From: the human T2T-CHM13v2.0 reference genome, Homo sapiens
Direction: 5' to 3' (one strand)
Assembly: GCF_009914755.1 (NCBI RefSeq)
Contig: NC_060928.1
DNA: 64,000 bases
The position numbers and the translations under genes are program-made. A model generated the notes under the pieces. It saw only the letters and a list, made by a program, of their open reading frames with translations. It was not told the DNA's origin and searched no databases. Of the stretch, positions 16,108-29,473 are shown piece after piece (positions within the stretch are counted from its first letter, which is position 1; each line of letters opens with the position of its first letter).

Positions 16108-16479
16108 GTGAGCGCGGCGCGCTGCGGGCGGGGACCCTCTCTGCACCTCCCCGCACCCCTGGGGGTCGCTCTGTCCCTACGGTCCCCGCCTCCCCTTTCT
16201 CCTTTCTAAGCGCCTCGCGCCCAGGCCGCCGCCCGGGGTGGCGCAGCCCGCAGCCCTCCCGCTCCGGGCGCCCTCCGCCGCTCCGAGACCCCCTGGGGGC
16301 GCGTCCTCTCCCGCTCCCCTGTTCCCTCCCCCGGCTCAGGGCGGGCGCGTGGTCCCAGGGGAGGCTCCCGCCCAGCCCCGCACTCCTTTGTGCGGCCGGG
16401 CGGGCGCTGCGTCAAGGTGGAGGCGCGGCCACACGCGCGCACCCACCCGCGCGCACCCAGCCCCCGGGAGAGGCAGGAA

Positions 16480-16637
16480 GGGAGGCGGCGGCGCGAGGAG
16501 GAGGGAGCGGCCGTGGAGCCCAATCGTTCGCTCCCCTTCCCGGGTCCGCGCGCGGCGCCGCCTCCGCCATTGCTGCGAGCAGGAGCAGGAGACGCGGAGC
16601 TCGGAGCGCTGAGCTGACCTGCCGGAGCCGGGCGTGG
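16480..16637 (+). other. NSG1: Candidate non-coding exon 1b of NSG1 (start approximate)
   Basis: Strong donor TGG|GTGAGT at 16637/16638; GC-rich leader with no ATG. Confidence 0.65.
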
Positions 16638-16919
16638 GTGAGTGCGGCCGGCCGCGCCTGGGCTTGCCGAGGCCAGACCTTGCCCGCCCAGGAGCAGTGC
16701 CCGGGGGATGCCCATCTCCCGGAGTACGCGGGACGGGGCTGTGAACAGCGGGTCGCCCGGGTGCGGCGGCCCCAGGACCGGGGACCGGGTCTGGAGGTGC
16801 TGGGCAGGGGCGGCGCCCCCTTCCCTGGCCGCGGTGCGCCCTTGCGCCCGGCGCTTGGGTCCTGCGAGATGAGGGTCTAGAAATACACAGCACCACCCGA
16901 CCCCCGCATCGGGCCGTGA

Positions 16920-17429
<510 letters not shown>

Positions 17430-20400
17430 TGATATTCTCGTCCTGACAGTGGAACGCGGTGGGGCAAGATTCCTTCGCGTTTTTCCTGGGAGCCTCATCC
17501 GAGAGGGCCCTGGCCCCGCAGCTGCCCTGCTCCTCCCTTGTCCCGTGGCCCCAGGGGCTCTGGATCGGGGGTGAGCCTAGGGGCGGGCGAGGCTGCCCCT
17601 GTACCTTCCCGGGTGTGGCAGTTCAGCCCGACTTGCCCCACCGAGGCGGGGGAGCGTTCTCCTTGGTCAGATGGCCCCTCCCCAGGGCTGAATTGTTCTC
17701 GCCCTTTCTGCCTGCCCCTGCCAGGCTGGCGCTAGGTGCAGGAGGGTGTGCGCGCTCACACAGGGTCTCCTTCCTCTTTGTTCCTTTTGTGAAATCTCCA
17801 AATAAGTGCCCGGGCTCGCTCAGTATTGGTGTCACTGGGAAAAACCATTCATCAACCTTTCCCCAAAGTGTTTTCTGCTGAATTTAAAGAATCTCCTCTT
17901 TTTGAATGTAGCATCCAATTAAGTAGTTTCTGTTTGCTAAGAATAATATTTCCAAGAGTTAACACTTAAAAATGTAAATAGATCTTTGCATGTCTAGGCA
18001 ATTGTACTGTAAAATTCACATCTAAGACCATAGACACAGCATCTACTCTCAGCATCTTGCTGCCGCTTACGAACCACCACAGCCACGAATAATTCCCGGA
18101 AGTGCTTTTCTATTTATTTTCTCATTTAGTCCCTGGTGAAGGGGCTCTGAGCCAGGGCTCTGTCTTCGTTCCAGCAAGTTGGTGATTGCTGACGGGGTGG
18201 GTGTTGTGGGGTGGGGGTGTCCTGGTGGGGGCCCTGACCCCTGTGAAGGTGTCCTCCCAGCTTTATTGTGTGTGTCGTCTGGGGAGGGAGGCAGGAGCCG
18301 GGAAGAGGCTGGCAGCGGGGGTTTCAGTTCAAGAAAGGGGGATCAGCCGGCCACACCTGTGCCCCCCAGGCCACGGTGGTGCCACTCTGGGCCACTGATG
18401 GTCCAGGCTAGGCTTTGCAGGAGGGGCAGGGCTGCCTGAGGCCTCAGCTTCCACTCCACCCCTCCCTGTCTAGGCATCAGACTCGTCCAGTTAGCGGGGC
18501 CTGGCCCCGAGGCCCCCACACCCCCTCCTGCCTGGGCCCCCAGCTGCTCGGCTGAGGAGCAGTGGCGCCTGTGCCAGGAACTCCGTGTCCTGAGGCAGCA
18601 CCTCTATCAGGTGATTCCCCTCACTTGGCCTGAGCCTCCTCTCTTGTCCTCAGTCTGTTCCATTCCAGAACCATTTGGCACAGTTGGTTTATACAGGGAG
18701 GAGGGTTTCAGGCAGGTATGAAATCCTCACCAACTAATTAGGTCGACCAGGAGTAGCCTAGGCAGCTCGGAAAGGTGATGAGTCTGCTCTCTCTGCAAGC
18801 GTCCGAAGCGGGGCAGCCAGCAGGGATGCTCTTCTCGGGTCCAGCCAGACCTTCCATCCCGGACTTCCCGCCGGGACTGAGTGTGGGTACAAGGGTTATG
18901 GCTCTTGGGATCATTTTCCAGAAGGCTTCTAAGGTCACAATGAGGAAACTGAGCCTCAGAGCATTTATGGGACATACCCAAGGTCACTGGGCTGAAGGTT
19001 ACAGTCCTCCAGGATGCAGAAGTTTCTGGCAGTGCCTCTTACTCCACCGTGCTTGGAGCCAGATGTCTCTCACGTAAGACCTCTCTTAACCTGAACAACA
19101 GCAACGTGTTGCTAACGGTCAGAGTTCAGGGAGGCGATGTCACCTGTTTCAGGTGACATGGCTTCTGAGGGGTGGTGACACAGTTGGGTTATAAATGAGA
19201 ATCTGTTCTGAGAACGTGTATGGAGTGCTGAGGTGCTGGGGTGCAGCGGTGACAGCAGTCACAGTGCTGGCAGCAGAGTCAGGGCTGGTCTCCCCTGACA
19301 TTTGCCAGACACTTATTCTGCACCAGGAACTATTCTGCCAGTTTTACAGGTTTAAATTCTTTTAATGTGTTGATAATGCCATGAGGTCACTACCATGTTA
19401 CCCCCATTTTGCAGATGTGGAAATGCAGGCACGGAGAGTTTGAGAATTGCCCAAGGTCACCTAGCCTGTTAGTGGCAGGTGGGGATAGAATCCAGGTCGA
19501 CAGAATATTGATGGGGCCCCCACATACGGGAGAGGTTTCCATGGGTTTCCTCATCCTCAGCAGTAGCCTTATTTCCCATTCATTGGCCAGTCTAGGCCTG
19601 CGTGCTCAAGGTCACATGGCTAGTTGGGTCCAGTCGGGGTTTGAGGATGGCAGGGTGACACCCAACCACTGCCTCAAGCAATGAGTGCCTCACAGGGGTG
19701 GGTGCCCAGGCCAACCCATGCCAGGCACCCCTCCCTCTCCACCGCAGGAGCACTGGGTGGAAAAGGAGTTGGGGTCAGAGGCCAAGAGTGTGGTTACAAG
19801 GTTTATGGCTCTTGGGATCATTTTTCAGTGACCCTGGAATGGGCTCCGCTGTTCTTTCTCCCCAAGGCTGGCTTTGGGGGTCATAGCACCGGATGAGAGG
19901 CCCTCTGGCTGCCCGCCTGGGGCTGACCATCCCCAGTTGCTGGGGTCTCTTTGTTCTGTCCTGGTCCCCACCATCGTGGAGAGCAGGTGACGGACTGCCC
20001 AATGAAGGGGCCTCGTCCCTCGGGGGAGAAAGAGCTTGGAGGTGGCTGGCTGTCTCTAGTGCAACAGCCTCTCCTGGAACCTGGCTTGGGGAGTGGGGTT
20101 TGGGGATTAGAGACCTATAACACCTTGACACTGCTCTTGAACACCTCCCAGTCCAGTGGGACAGAGAAGTAAACAGTCCCTGGCAACGGGTGTGGTGAGT
20201 GATGAAGGCAGCGCCGCTGAGGCCAGGGCTGTGAGTGTCCAGGGCTGGGAGGCTTCTTGGGTCCATCTGAAGCTGCTGGGGTGTAGGGCAGATGCAAGGG
20301 CTGGTTTCCAGGTTGGACAAACATCGTTCTGCTTCACAGTAGGGGGTGGAGGGGAATGAGAGCAGGGAGACCCTTTGGGGGCTGTGGCAGGGGCAGGGGG

Positions 20401-20938
20401 AGAGGAGGATGTGGGGGTGGAGACAAAGAGGTTGATCCTGGATCTGTTTCCAGACAAGCTGGTGGCCAGCTTCTCCAGCCAGTCCTGGAGGGCTGTGGAC
20501 AGTACCCTCAGACCTCCTCTTCTTGTGCCCATGGTGGCACAGCAAGGCCAGTGAAAAGGCAGGTGCAGCCTCCCAGCTTCCTGGGCCAAGCCAGGCTTTG
20601 GCTCTGGTGGGTGGAAGGAGCACTGGGTTAGGAGTCAGCTGCCAGGCTGCATCCCCGCCCTGCCGCCTATAAACCGCATGACCTTGGCCAATGAGCTTAA
20701 CTTCTGTGCCCCTCGGTTATAATATTTCCCTCCTGGGACTGCTATCAGGATTATGAATGGGTCATTTCTCTGAAAGTCCTGCCACAGAGGAGATTTCCAA
20801 AAAGCAGTGGCTGTTCTCGTTCTTGTGAATTTCTTCCTGGCAAATGGTGACTTTGAATATGGGAGTTCCCAGACCCACCCTCTTTGGGCAGATATGTCTG
20901 AATGCATCTGACTTTTGTTTCTCTGTTTCCTGGATAAG

Positions 20939-21055
20939 GTGGTCGTGAAAACTAAGACCGAGTATGAACCTGACCGCAAGAAAGGGAAAGCACGTCCTCC
21001 CCAAATTGCTGAGTTCACCGTCAGCATCACGGAGGGTGTCACCGAGAGGTTTAAG
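20939..21055 (+). CDS. NSG1: NSG1 coding exon 2 (aa 44-82, [12 protein letters not shown]...VTERFK)
   Basis: Polypyrimidine tract and AG acceptor, donor AAG|GTGAGT, 117 nt, phase 0; matches NSG1. Confidence 0.98.
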
Positions 21056-24000
21056 GTGAGTGGTCCTGTGCTGGGTGAGATGCTGCTTTTGCCCCCAGAA
21101 GGGGTCTGCTGAGCTGCATAGATGCCCTGCAGGGAGGGCCAGGGTTTGACGCCGTTTGTCTGGGCTCATCCCAGCTGTGCACACCCAGTAGCTTGTGACT
21201 GCCTGCCAAGATGTTGTCCTTGTGCTTTTTGTACATTTCTTTTTTCTTTTCCTCTTCCAAAATGATCACATATTACTTATTTTTATAACAGGGAAAACCC
21301 ACCCACAAACTGTCTTTTAGGCAAAGATTATAAACATATGAAAAATCACTTACCAAACATTACAATATTTACTTAACAGTTCCAGGAAGGAAGCAGGCAA
21401 TAACAAAAAGATAACGCACAGCACTGATCACATGCCAGAAAGGGGTCCCAGCCCTTTACCTAGTGAGCTCATCTGAGCAACCCTCCTGGCACACCAGTAC
21501 TATCGGTATAACCCATTTTGCAGATGGAAAGGTTGAGGCACAGAGTGGTCACAGCTCTACACAGCAGAGCCAGGATCTGATCTGCAGGGGGTCTGGCTTT
21601 GGGCCTGTGTGTATCCTCCATCCTTCCCCCCATCCCAATGGGATGAAGGGGTGCTGCTGAGAGCGGGAGGGTTCCAGCCTGTCTCGGTGGGAGGAGCCTT
21701 CTTGCCAGCCTGGCTGCCTTCAGAGGCCACGTTGGTTGAAGAACAAGTTGGGATATTGATCAGGAAACTCATTCTTTGGGAAACATGAGAGAGAGAGAGT
21801 AAAGCGGTAGCCTCATCCAGATTCAAGGAGGTGAATTGAGAGACATCAGTGGGCCCCAGGCCTTGCAGAGTGGCCCTGTCTGGCTCTCTGGTCACCCTCC
21901 ACTTGGCAGTGTGAGCAGTTTGCTTGTGCTGGGGGCACAGGGACTCCCACCCCCACCCGCTGCAGTTTCCAGAGCCCCTGTGGGTATGGCATCATATTGG
22001 ATCTCTGTGACAACCTTGTGGATCACAGAAGGTGGGACTGGGAGCCATCCCTGGTTAACAGATGAAGCCAAAACCACAGAGTGACTGGGGAAGCCAGGGC
22101 GTAATCTGACTTTCAGTCCCTCCTTCTTCCCGTTGCCACACACTGCCTGTCAGGGCCTGCCTGGTCCAGCGGGTCCCATGAGTGTTGCTGTGGGGCAATT
22201 ACTTGTGTCAGCTCAGCAAATCCTCCCAGCAGCCCTCTGCCTGCTCCCTACTAATAGTAGGTACTATTTGTATTACCAGTGTTACAGATGGGGAAGTCGA
22301 GGCACAGAGCAGTCTGTGTCTGTCCCTGCTGGAATGTAAGGATGTCGTGTGTGCCGAGAGGCTCTTTTGGTGGCTCCTGGCTCGGCCCATCGTACGTTTT
22401 TGAGGTTCTTGGCCAGGACCAAGACATATTGATCCGAGGTCAATACCTGTCTTCTGCGCTGGCCAGTGGGATTAGCGCGTGCCTTATCTGCTGCCACTCA
22501 CCTGTCCTGCCCCATTTGCACCCTGGGTTTGGCTGCTGTCCCTGGTTGAGGCAGGAGTGGACTTGATTTCAAGGTCATGGTGTCCTCTGTCCTGATGGCT
22601 AAATGCTGTGTGATGTCTGAGTGTGTCTGGGTTTCTCAGGCCCCACTTGCCCTTTGCTTTCCCAGCCCCGGCGTTTTAGGTCCCCACAGAGCAGGGCGCA
22701 GTGCGGCACTTGAACAGCTATTCCTTCATCTGTTGAGTGTCTATGATGTGCCAGCCTCTGTCCCCGACCTCTGGTGTTCTTCATTTGCACTTTTCCCACA
22801 TGACCACCTGAAGCAGGTCCCCAGGTCTCTTGCCTAAGGAATGGGTGATGCATATTTGCCACCAGGGCCCTTGGCAGCCTTGGCTGGGACTCTGTGGTTA
22901 CCTGGCCCCTGTTGCCCAGAACCTGAAGGCTCAGAAGACCATGGGTGATTATGCTCATCCCAATAGACTGGCTGCTGGCAGCAGAAGCCCTGCCTCATCT
23001 CCCTGCCTCTACCTCCTGTGGCTGTCTGAGAAGGCGATGTATGCAGTAGGTGCTCAGTACATGACTATACTGGACTAAGTCTGCTGGGTGTGTTCCTCTG
23101 CTTAGTTTTCTTTTCCTCCTTTATGATTCACAACTGCCCTGAAGGGGTGGCATCGGCCCCTTTACACGTAAGGCTGTTGAGTCCCAGGTGGTCCCAGGGT
23201 GGCTGGGGTGCTCCCTCTGTGACTCTCTAGCTTCAAAGCCAAGGCCTTCCCAACATACCTTGCACCACATCCCTCCCCACTCCCATGGGACGCCTGCTGC
23301 TTCCCAGACCCCATCCCTTCCATCTCCTCCCAGGGCAGGTGCAGATCACACCTCTGCCAGGAAGCCTCCTGGGTCACTCTCATTTGCAACAGACCTCACC
23401 GCCCTGTTTCCAGTGCCTTTTGTAGCCAGGCTGCAATGGCATCTAACAGTGACGGAGTGATCCATGAGCTAGACTCTGCTTCACACTCCTAATGCTCATA
23501 TTGTCTCATTTAATCTTCATAAACACCTCAGGAGGTAGGCGCCCTTATAGCTCCATTTTACATAGAGGGGAAACTGAGGCAGAGAGCCTTGGCAGCCTGC
23601 TCTTGGCTGTGGCACCAGAGGTCCTTGGTTTCTTGGAGAAGTGGGTTTGTGTGGGAGCACTCACCCCAGGCGCCATCGCTGTTGAACCATTCCACTTCTT
23701 CAAATCCTTTTCCTTTGTTGATTCAAAACCCTTGCTCTGCTGCCTTGAGCCACACAGAATGTGCGGCGCCCTCCTTCCCCATCCCCAAGGCCTTCAGAGA
23801 CATGGCAGGCACAGGTACCCCGGAAGCCTCCCCAGTGTACAGCTTCTTTTTCTCTTGTGTCTTTCTGAGTCCTGGTTTCCACGCTCCCTTCCCCCAGGTG
23901 CTCTCTTTTGAGGGTCTGGGTTGGGCTGTCTTCTCTTTGGGTGTGAAACCTGTGACTGGGTGTCCTGGCAAGGTCCATTGGTGTGGCCCTTCCAAGCATA

Positions 24001-24669
24001 GGCCCCCTCGACCTGAACTGGTGACCCGAGGAGGGGAACAAGGCCATGGAGACCCCCTGAGCCAAGAATGTCAGCCAAGAATGAATGCTTAGGGACTCTT
24101 TGTGCAGACGGAACTTACTCATCAGCCGCTCTATGCCAGCCATGGTAAGAGCTCCTTGATATCATCTCTCTGGCGCTTCTTGCACACACAGTAACAGCTT
24201 GATAAGTAAATGGATGACTAATTGTGCTGCTGGCCTCCCATGAATGGGGTACTTGGCGAGATTTCCTGGGTCTGCCCATGGGTCCTTGCTTGTTGAGTAA
24301 GTTCAGCTGGCAGCTCATTGGATTGAAGCCTCTCTCGGGGCCATGCTTACGCGTAAGCCTCTAACAGGTGATGCCTGTCAGCTCTCACCAAGTCAGACAG
24401 GTGACCTGCTCAAGACCACACAGTCAGTGAGTGGCAGAGGCAGAGTAGGAGCTGGGCAGCCGGCTCTAGAAGCCTGTTGCTGTGGCATACTTCAGCCCAC
24501 TAGCTTGCCCAGGAAGCCTGCAGGCTGGACTTTCGCAGCTGAACAACTTGCATTCTAAGGGCATCTCTTCTCTGTGCCTGCTCCGAGCCCCTTCTCAACT
24601 GGGAAGGAGATTTACCTAGCTCCCTGCCCACTTGCTGTGGGGTGGATGTGAGAGGCAGCCTCCAAAGTG

Positions 24670-24812
24670 CTGCTTCCCCAGGTGTTTCTGGAGCCACCTG
24701 AGTCAGCATCACCTGAAGTTTGATTTTAACTTGGACCCTGAACCGCAGGGAGATGCGTTTTGACAAATGCTTTCCAGGTGATCCTAATGTGTCCTGAGTT
24801 TTCGAGCCTTTC
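24670..24812. mobile_element. MER5A-like fragment
   Basis: cagcatcacctg...gcgttttgacaaatgctttccaggtgatcctaatg. Confidence 0.55.
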
Positions 24813-26120
24813 CGATGGGGGTGCATTCCAGCACAGAAGCTGGGAAGGATGAGGAGGGCTGGTGCTTTTTGGGAATGCTAAGGGTGCCCACCTTTCTGGA
24901 ATGTTCTCCCAGCTTTTTATTACCCAGTTAGATTTCTGGCATCCCTGAACGCGTGCACACAATGAGGCGTGTGTGAAGCTGCAGCTGGTTGAGGGCTGGG
25001 CGGGTCTCTCTTTCTGAAACGGGAGCATATGGGGAGCAGGCTATGCTGGAGACACGGGCATGATGGAGGGTCCGGAATAGAGATTCACCCTCCCTGGCTT
25101 GTGTACCCCCCTGCCAGGGCCCAGTCGAAGCTGTGGTTGGGACAGAGCATCTTCCTCGTCCCACTAGTGACTGGACAGCTTCTGTGCAGCTCCCTGGCCC
25201 AGCCATCATCTTAGCTCTTTCATCTCCATGCATGAATTGCAGGAATGGAATCTCGCCTTTCCGATCTTGAAGTGACAGGTAAATCGTTTGTCCCCTCCTC
25301 TCTCCAATTTGTGTAGCTCAGAAGCACCTCATCTTTATAGGCGTTTGGATGGCATCCTTGAAACGGAGTGTCTTTTTGCATGCAGCTTTCTGATTGTCAC
25401 TTGGGGATTAATCTCTTGGCTGTGAGGTTACTAGGCTGGTTGCTAGGTAACTGCTGACTGGGAGAAGGTTCTGAGAGACTCCGCCACACGGGATGGCAGG
25501 AGGACTCCCCCAGCGGCGGCCAGCTGCTTGGGCTTCCAAAGAGGTTCTTGTCAAGGAAAGCAGTCGCTTAATTAACTGGAGGCATATTTACAGTGAGAAT
25601 AAACACTGGCTGAGATGTTTCTCAACCAAACCTAAACATTTTTGAAATTGCACTTCCCCACTGATGCCTGCAGAGTGGCGGGTCGGGGCTGCTGGGGCCG
25701 CTGCTTGCAGTTCTCCTTCCGGTCTGGAGACTGTCATTAGGGGCCGTCATCAGACAGGTGACAGGAAGGCTCCCTCAGGGCCCGCTCCAGCCCTTCGTGC
25801 TTCGTGATTCCGGTGATGACCGGTTGCTGACGCTGGAGAGGTCTCCACACCCTGTTTGCCTGTGATGTGAGGTCAGGTTTGGGTGGTCCAGCCTTGACCC
25901 TCACCGGGTACCATGTCACCCTGGGGCCTTGAGAGATCTGAAGGTCGGCTTTGCACGGGAACACCTTTCACCGCCAGCACAGGGCTGGGGAGTGACTTGG
26001 CAGGAGAGCCCTCGTTAGTCTGCGTGGTCCCCCTGGTTGGCAGTCCAGACTCTGGTGGGGACGTCCCTCTGCATCCTGTCGCAGAGGACTCTGTGGGTGG
26101 TTTGTGTCTTTTCTTCACAT

Positions 26121-26256
26121 CCCTAATGACCTTGAGCTTCCTGCGTGCCCATCTGTTTCCACATTCTCCAGTAAGCCCCTGGTGTGTTCCCTAATGACCT
26201 TGAGCTTCCTGCGTGCGCATCTGTTTCCACATTCTCCAGTAAGCCCCTGGTGTGTT
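26121..26256. repeat. Tandem duplication, 2 x 68 bp
   Basis: Units 26121-26188 and 26189-26256 with one mismatch. Confidence 0.95.
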
Positions 26257-26501
26257 TCAAGATGCATTTCTTAAATATTTATGAAGAGTGATGCCGTTTC
26301 CTTGGCATTCAGCAGTGGGGGTGGGGGTTCTTCCCGTGGGGGTGGTATTGGAGACCCTGAAGGTGTGTGTGGACGCCCCCTCACCTTTAGCTATGCGAGC
26401 ATCTTGTAGGATCCTGGGGCTGTGGTTGCAGAGCCCACCTTCCCCAGGCTAGCTGTAGTGTGGGGGCTTCGGCTGAATCAGATACCACGTGGGTTCAGTC
26501 A

Positions 26502-26504
<3 letters not shown>

Positions 26505-26532
<28 letters not shown>
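26505..26532. repeat. (TG)n microsatellite
   Basis: Read directly from the sequence. Confidence 0.9.
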
Positions 26533-26536
<4 letters not shown>

Positions 26537-27417
26537 ATTCACTTTTGTGTGGGTTACCTAAAATATTTAGTGCTGTAAACGCTTGAAGATGTCGGGATTC
26601 ATCTTCTTTTTCCAAGTTTTTTCCTTTTTTTTTTTTTTTTAAACTGAATTACTCAGCAGAAATGCTCATTTCCTTCTCCCTCCGCCTGAGGGTAGGAGGA
26701 TGGGGAGAGTAACAGCAGCCACCCAGCGCCGTCGACCTGGCGCCATCGACCCAGTGCATGCCTGGGCTTGGGGCGCCATGAGCACTGTCTCGTTCCCTGT
26801 TAGTCTCTGATGGTTGACCCTGCTGTCCTGATTTTGTAGGTGGGGAAATAAGGCCAGAAAGGTTAAGGAACAGACCCAAGGTCACCCAGCTAATGAGGGT
26901 GACACACCAAATCCCACTGTGCTCCGTCCTCCATGCCAGTGGGGTGTGCAGGGCAACTCCCCTGTGGACCCTGAGCTGGGCAGTGGCCCCAGACCTGAGA
27001 GGGCAGACGGGAGCACAGCCAGTGCTGAGGCCGCTCACGCTTCCCTGTCCAGACGGTGAGCGTTCCCAGAACAAGGCCACGGGCCACTGCCTTTCACGTG
27101 AGTGACCATGTAACTCCTGGCCCAGGTGGGGCCCTTCTGTGAGTGACAGCAGACACAGTGATTGGCCAGGATGCTGGGTGGCGGCCATCACCCAGGACCC
27201 CCAAGCCTCGAGGACACATATTCCCTCCTTATCCACTCGTTATAAACGCACCCTGAGGCCCAGATCCTGTTTGTATTTCTCTGTTCCCGGCTGTTCTTTC
27301 CAGAAAACACTCCTCAGGTCTCCCTTGCCTTCCACTGGGGCTCATGGCCTCTTGTCAGCACACCCACAATAGTTTGCGACACCAGCCTCCCGCCTCTCTC
27401 CTCTGGCCCATTCTTTA

Positions 27418-27730
27418 TTTTTTTCTTTTTCTTTTTTACTTTTTGAGATGGAGTCTTGCTGTGTCACCCAGGCTGGAGTGCAGTGGCACGATCTCGGCTC
27501 ACTGCAACCTCCACCCCACCAGGTTCAAGTGATTCTCCTGCCTCAGCCTCCTAAGTAGCTGGTATTACAGGCACCTGCCACCATGCCCGGCTAATTTTTG
27601 TATTTTTAGTGGAGATGGGGTTTCACTATCTTGGCCAGGCTGGTCTTGAATTCCTGACCTCGTGATCCACCTGCCTCGGCCTCCCAAAGTGCTGTGATTA
27701 CAGGTGTGAGCCACCACGCCCGGCTTGGCC
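27418..27730 (-). mobile_element. AluS
   Basis: Full dimer flanked by the repeat cattcttta. Confidence 0.9.
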
Positions 27731-28514
27731 CATTCTTTAAATAATTGTGGTAAAATATGCAAAATATAAAACTTACCGCTTTAAGGTAAGTGCCATATTA
27801 AATTCAGTGCCATTTAATACATTCACCATGTTGTCCAACCACCATCACTAAGCTAGTTCCAGCACATTTTTATCACCCCAAAAGGAGACCCCATTCCCAT
27901 TAAGCAGTCACTCCCATGCCCCCCCCCACAGCCCCTGGTTAGCCACAAATCTGTTTTGTGTCCCTGTGACTTACCTATTCTAGACATGTCATAGAAATAG
28001 AATCTTGTAAGATGTGATGTGACCATCTATCTGGCCTCTTTCACTTAGCATGCTATTTCAAAGCTCAGCTACGTTGTAGCACTTACAACTGCTTCATTCC
28101 TTTTCATGGCTGAGTAATATTCCATTGTACCGATAGACCACATTTTGTTTATTGATTCATTGGTTGATAGACATTTGGGTTGTTTCCACATTTGGGCTGT
28201 TGTGGGTAGCGCTGCTGTGAACATTCATTTACAGGTTTTTGTTTGAATACCTGTTGAATTTTTGGGGGTATATGCCCCGGAGTAGAATTGCTGGGCTGTG
28301 TGGTAATTTGATATTTAACGTATTGTGGAGTTACCAAACTTCTCCACAGAGCTGTACCATTTTACATTGCCATTAGCAATGCACAATGGTTTCAATTTCT
28401 CCACATCCTCACCAGCACTTGTTTGTTTTTATTTTATTTTATTATAGCCATCCTAGTGGATATGAAGTAGTATCTCATTATGGTTTTGATTTGTATTTTC
28501 CTAATGGCTAATGA

Positions 28515-28928
<414 letters not shown>

Positions 28929-29128
28929 TGAGTTGTAAGAGTTCCTTATATATTTTGGATACTAAGCCCTTGTAAGATATGTGATTTGTAAATATTTTCT
29001 ACCATTCTATAGGTTCTTTTTTCACTTTCTTGCTAGTTTCTTTGATAAACAAAATCTTACATTTTTGGTGAAGTATCATTTATTTTTTCTTCTATTGCTT
29101 GTATTTTTGGTGTCATAGCTATCTAAGA

Positions 29129-29473
29129 TAGCGGTCCCCAACCTTTTTGGCACCAGGGACTGGTTTTGTGGAAGACAGTTTTTGTACTGACCAGGGAGCA
29201 GGGGATGGTTTTGGGATGAAACTAGATCATCAGGCATTAGATCCTCATAAGGAGAACACAACCTAGATTCTCATAAGGAGAACACAACTTGCATGCACAG
29301 TTCACAATAGGGTTCATGCTCCTATGAGAATCTAATGCTGCCACTGATCTGACAGGAGACAGAGCTCAGGCAATAATGCTTGCTCACCTGCCACTCATCT
29401 CCTGCTGTGCAGACCAGTTCCTAACAGGCCATGGACTGGTACTGGTCTGCAGCCCAGGGGTTCGGGACCCCTG
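29129..29473. mobile_element. MER1B-like hAT-Charlie MITE
   Basis: Terminal inverted repeats (agcggtccccaacc / ggttcgggacccctg); perfect 8-bp TSD atctaaga at 29121-29128 and 29474-29481. Confidence 0.9.

Noticed and set aside
16885-16905. Possible REST/RE1 site (cagcacc) in the neuronal gene promoter
   Set aside because: Only the left half-site matches; no ggacag right half
17986-18005. Possible p53 response element ttgCATGtct-aggCAATtgt (NSG1 is reported to be p53-inducible)
   Set aside because: The second half-site lacks the invariant G and the first has two mismatches; not supportable without ChIP data
19775-20623. 282-aa minus-strand ORF in an NSG1 intron
   Set aside because: GC-rich chance ORF with no domain or splice support
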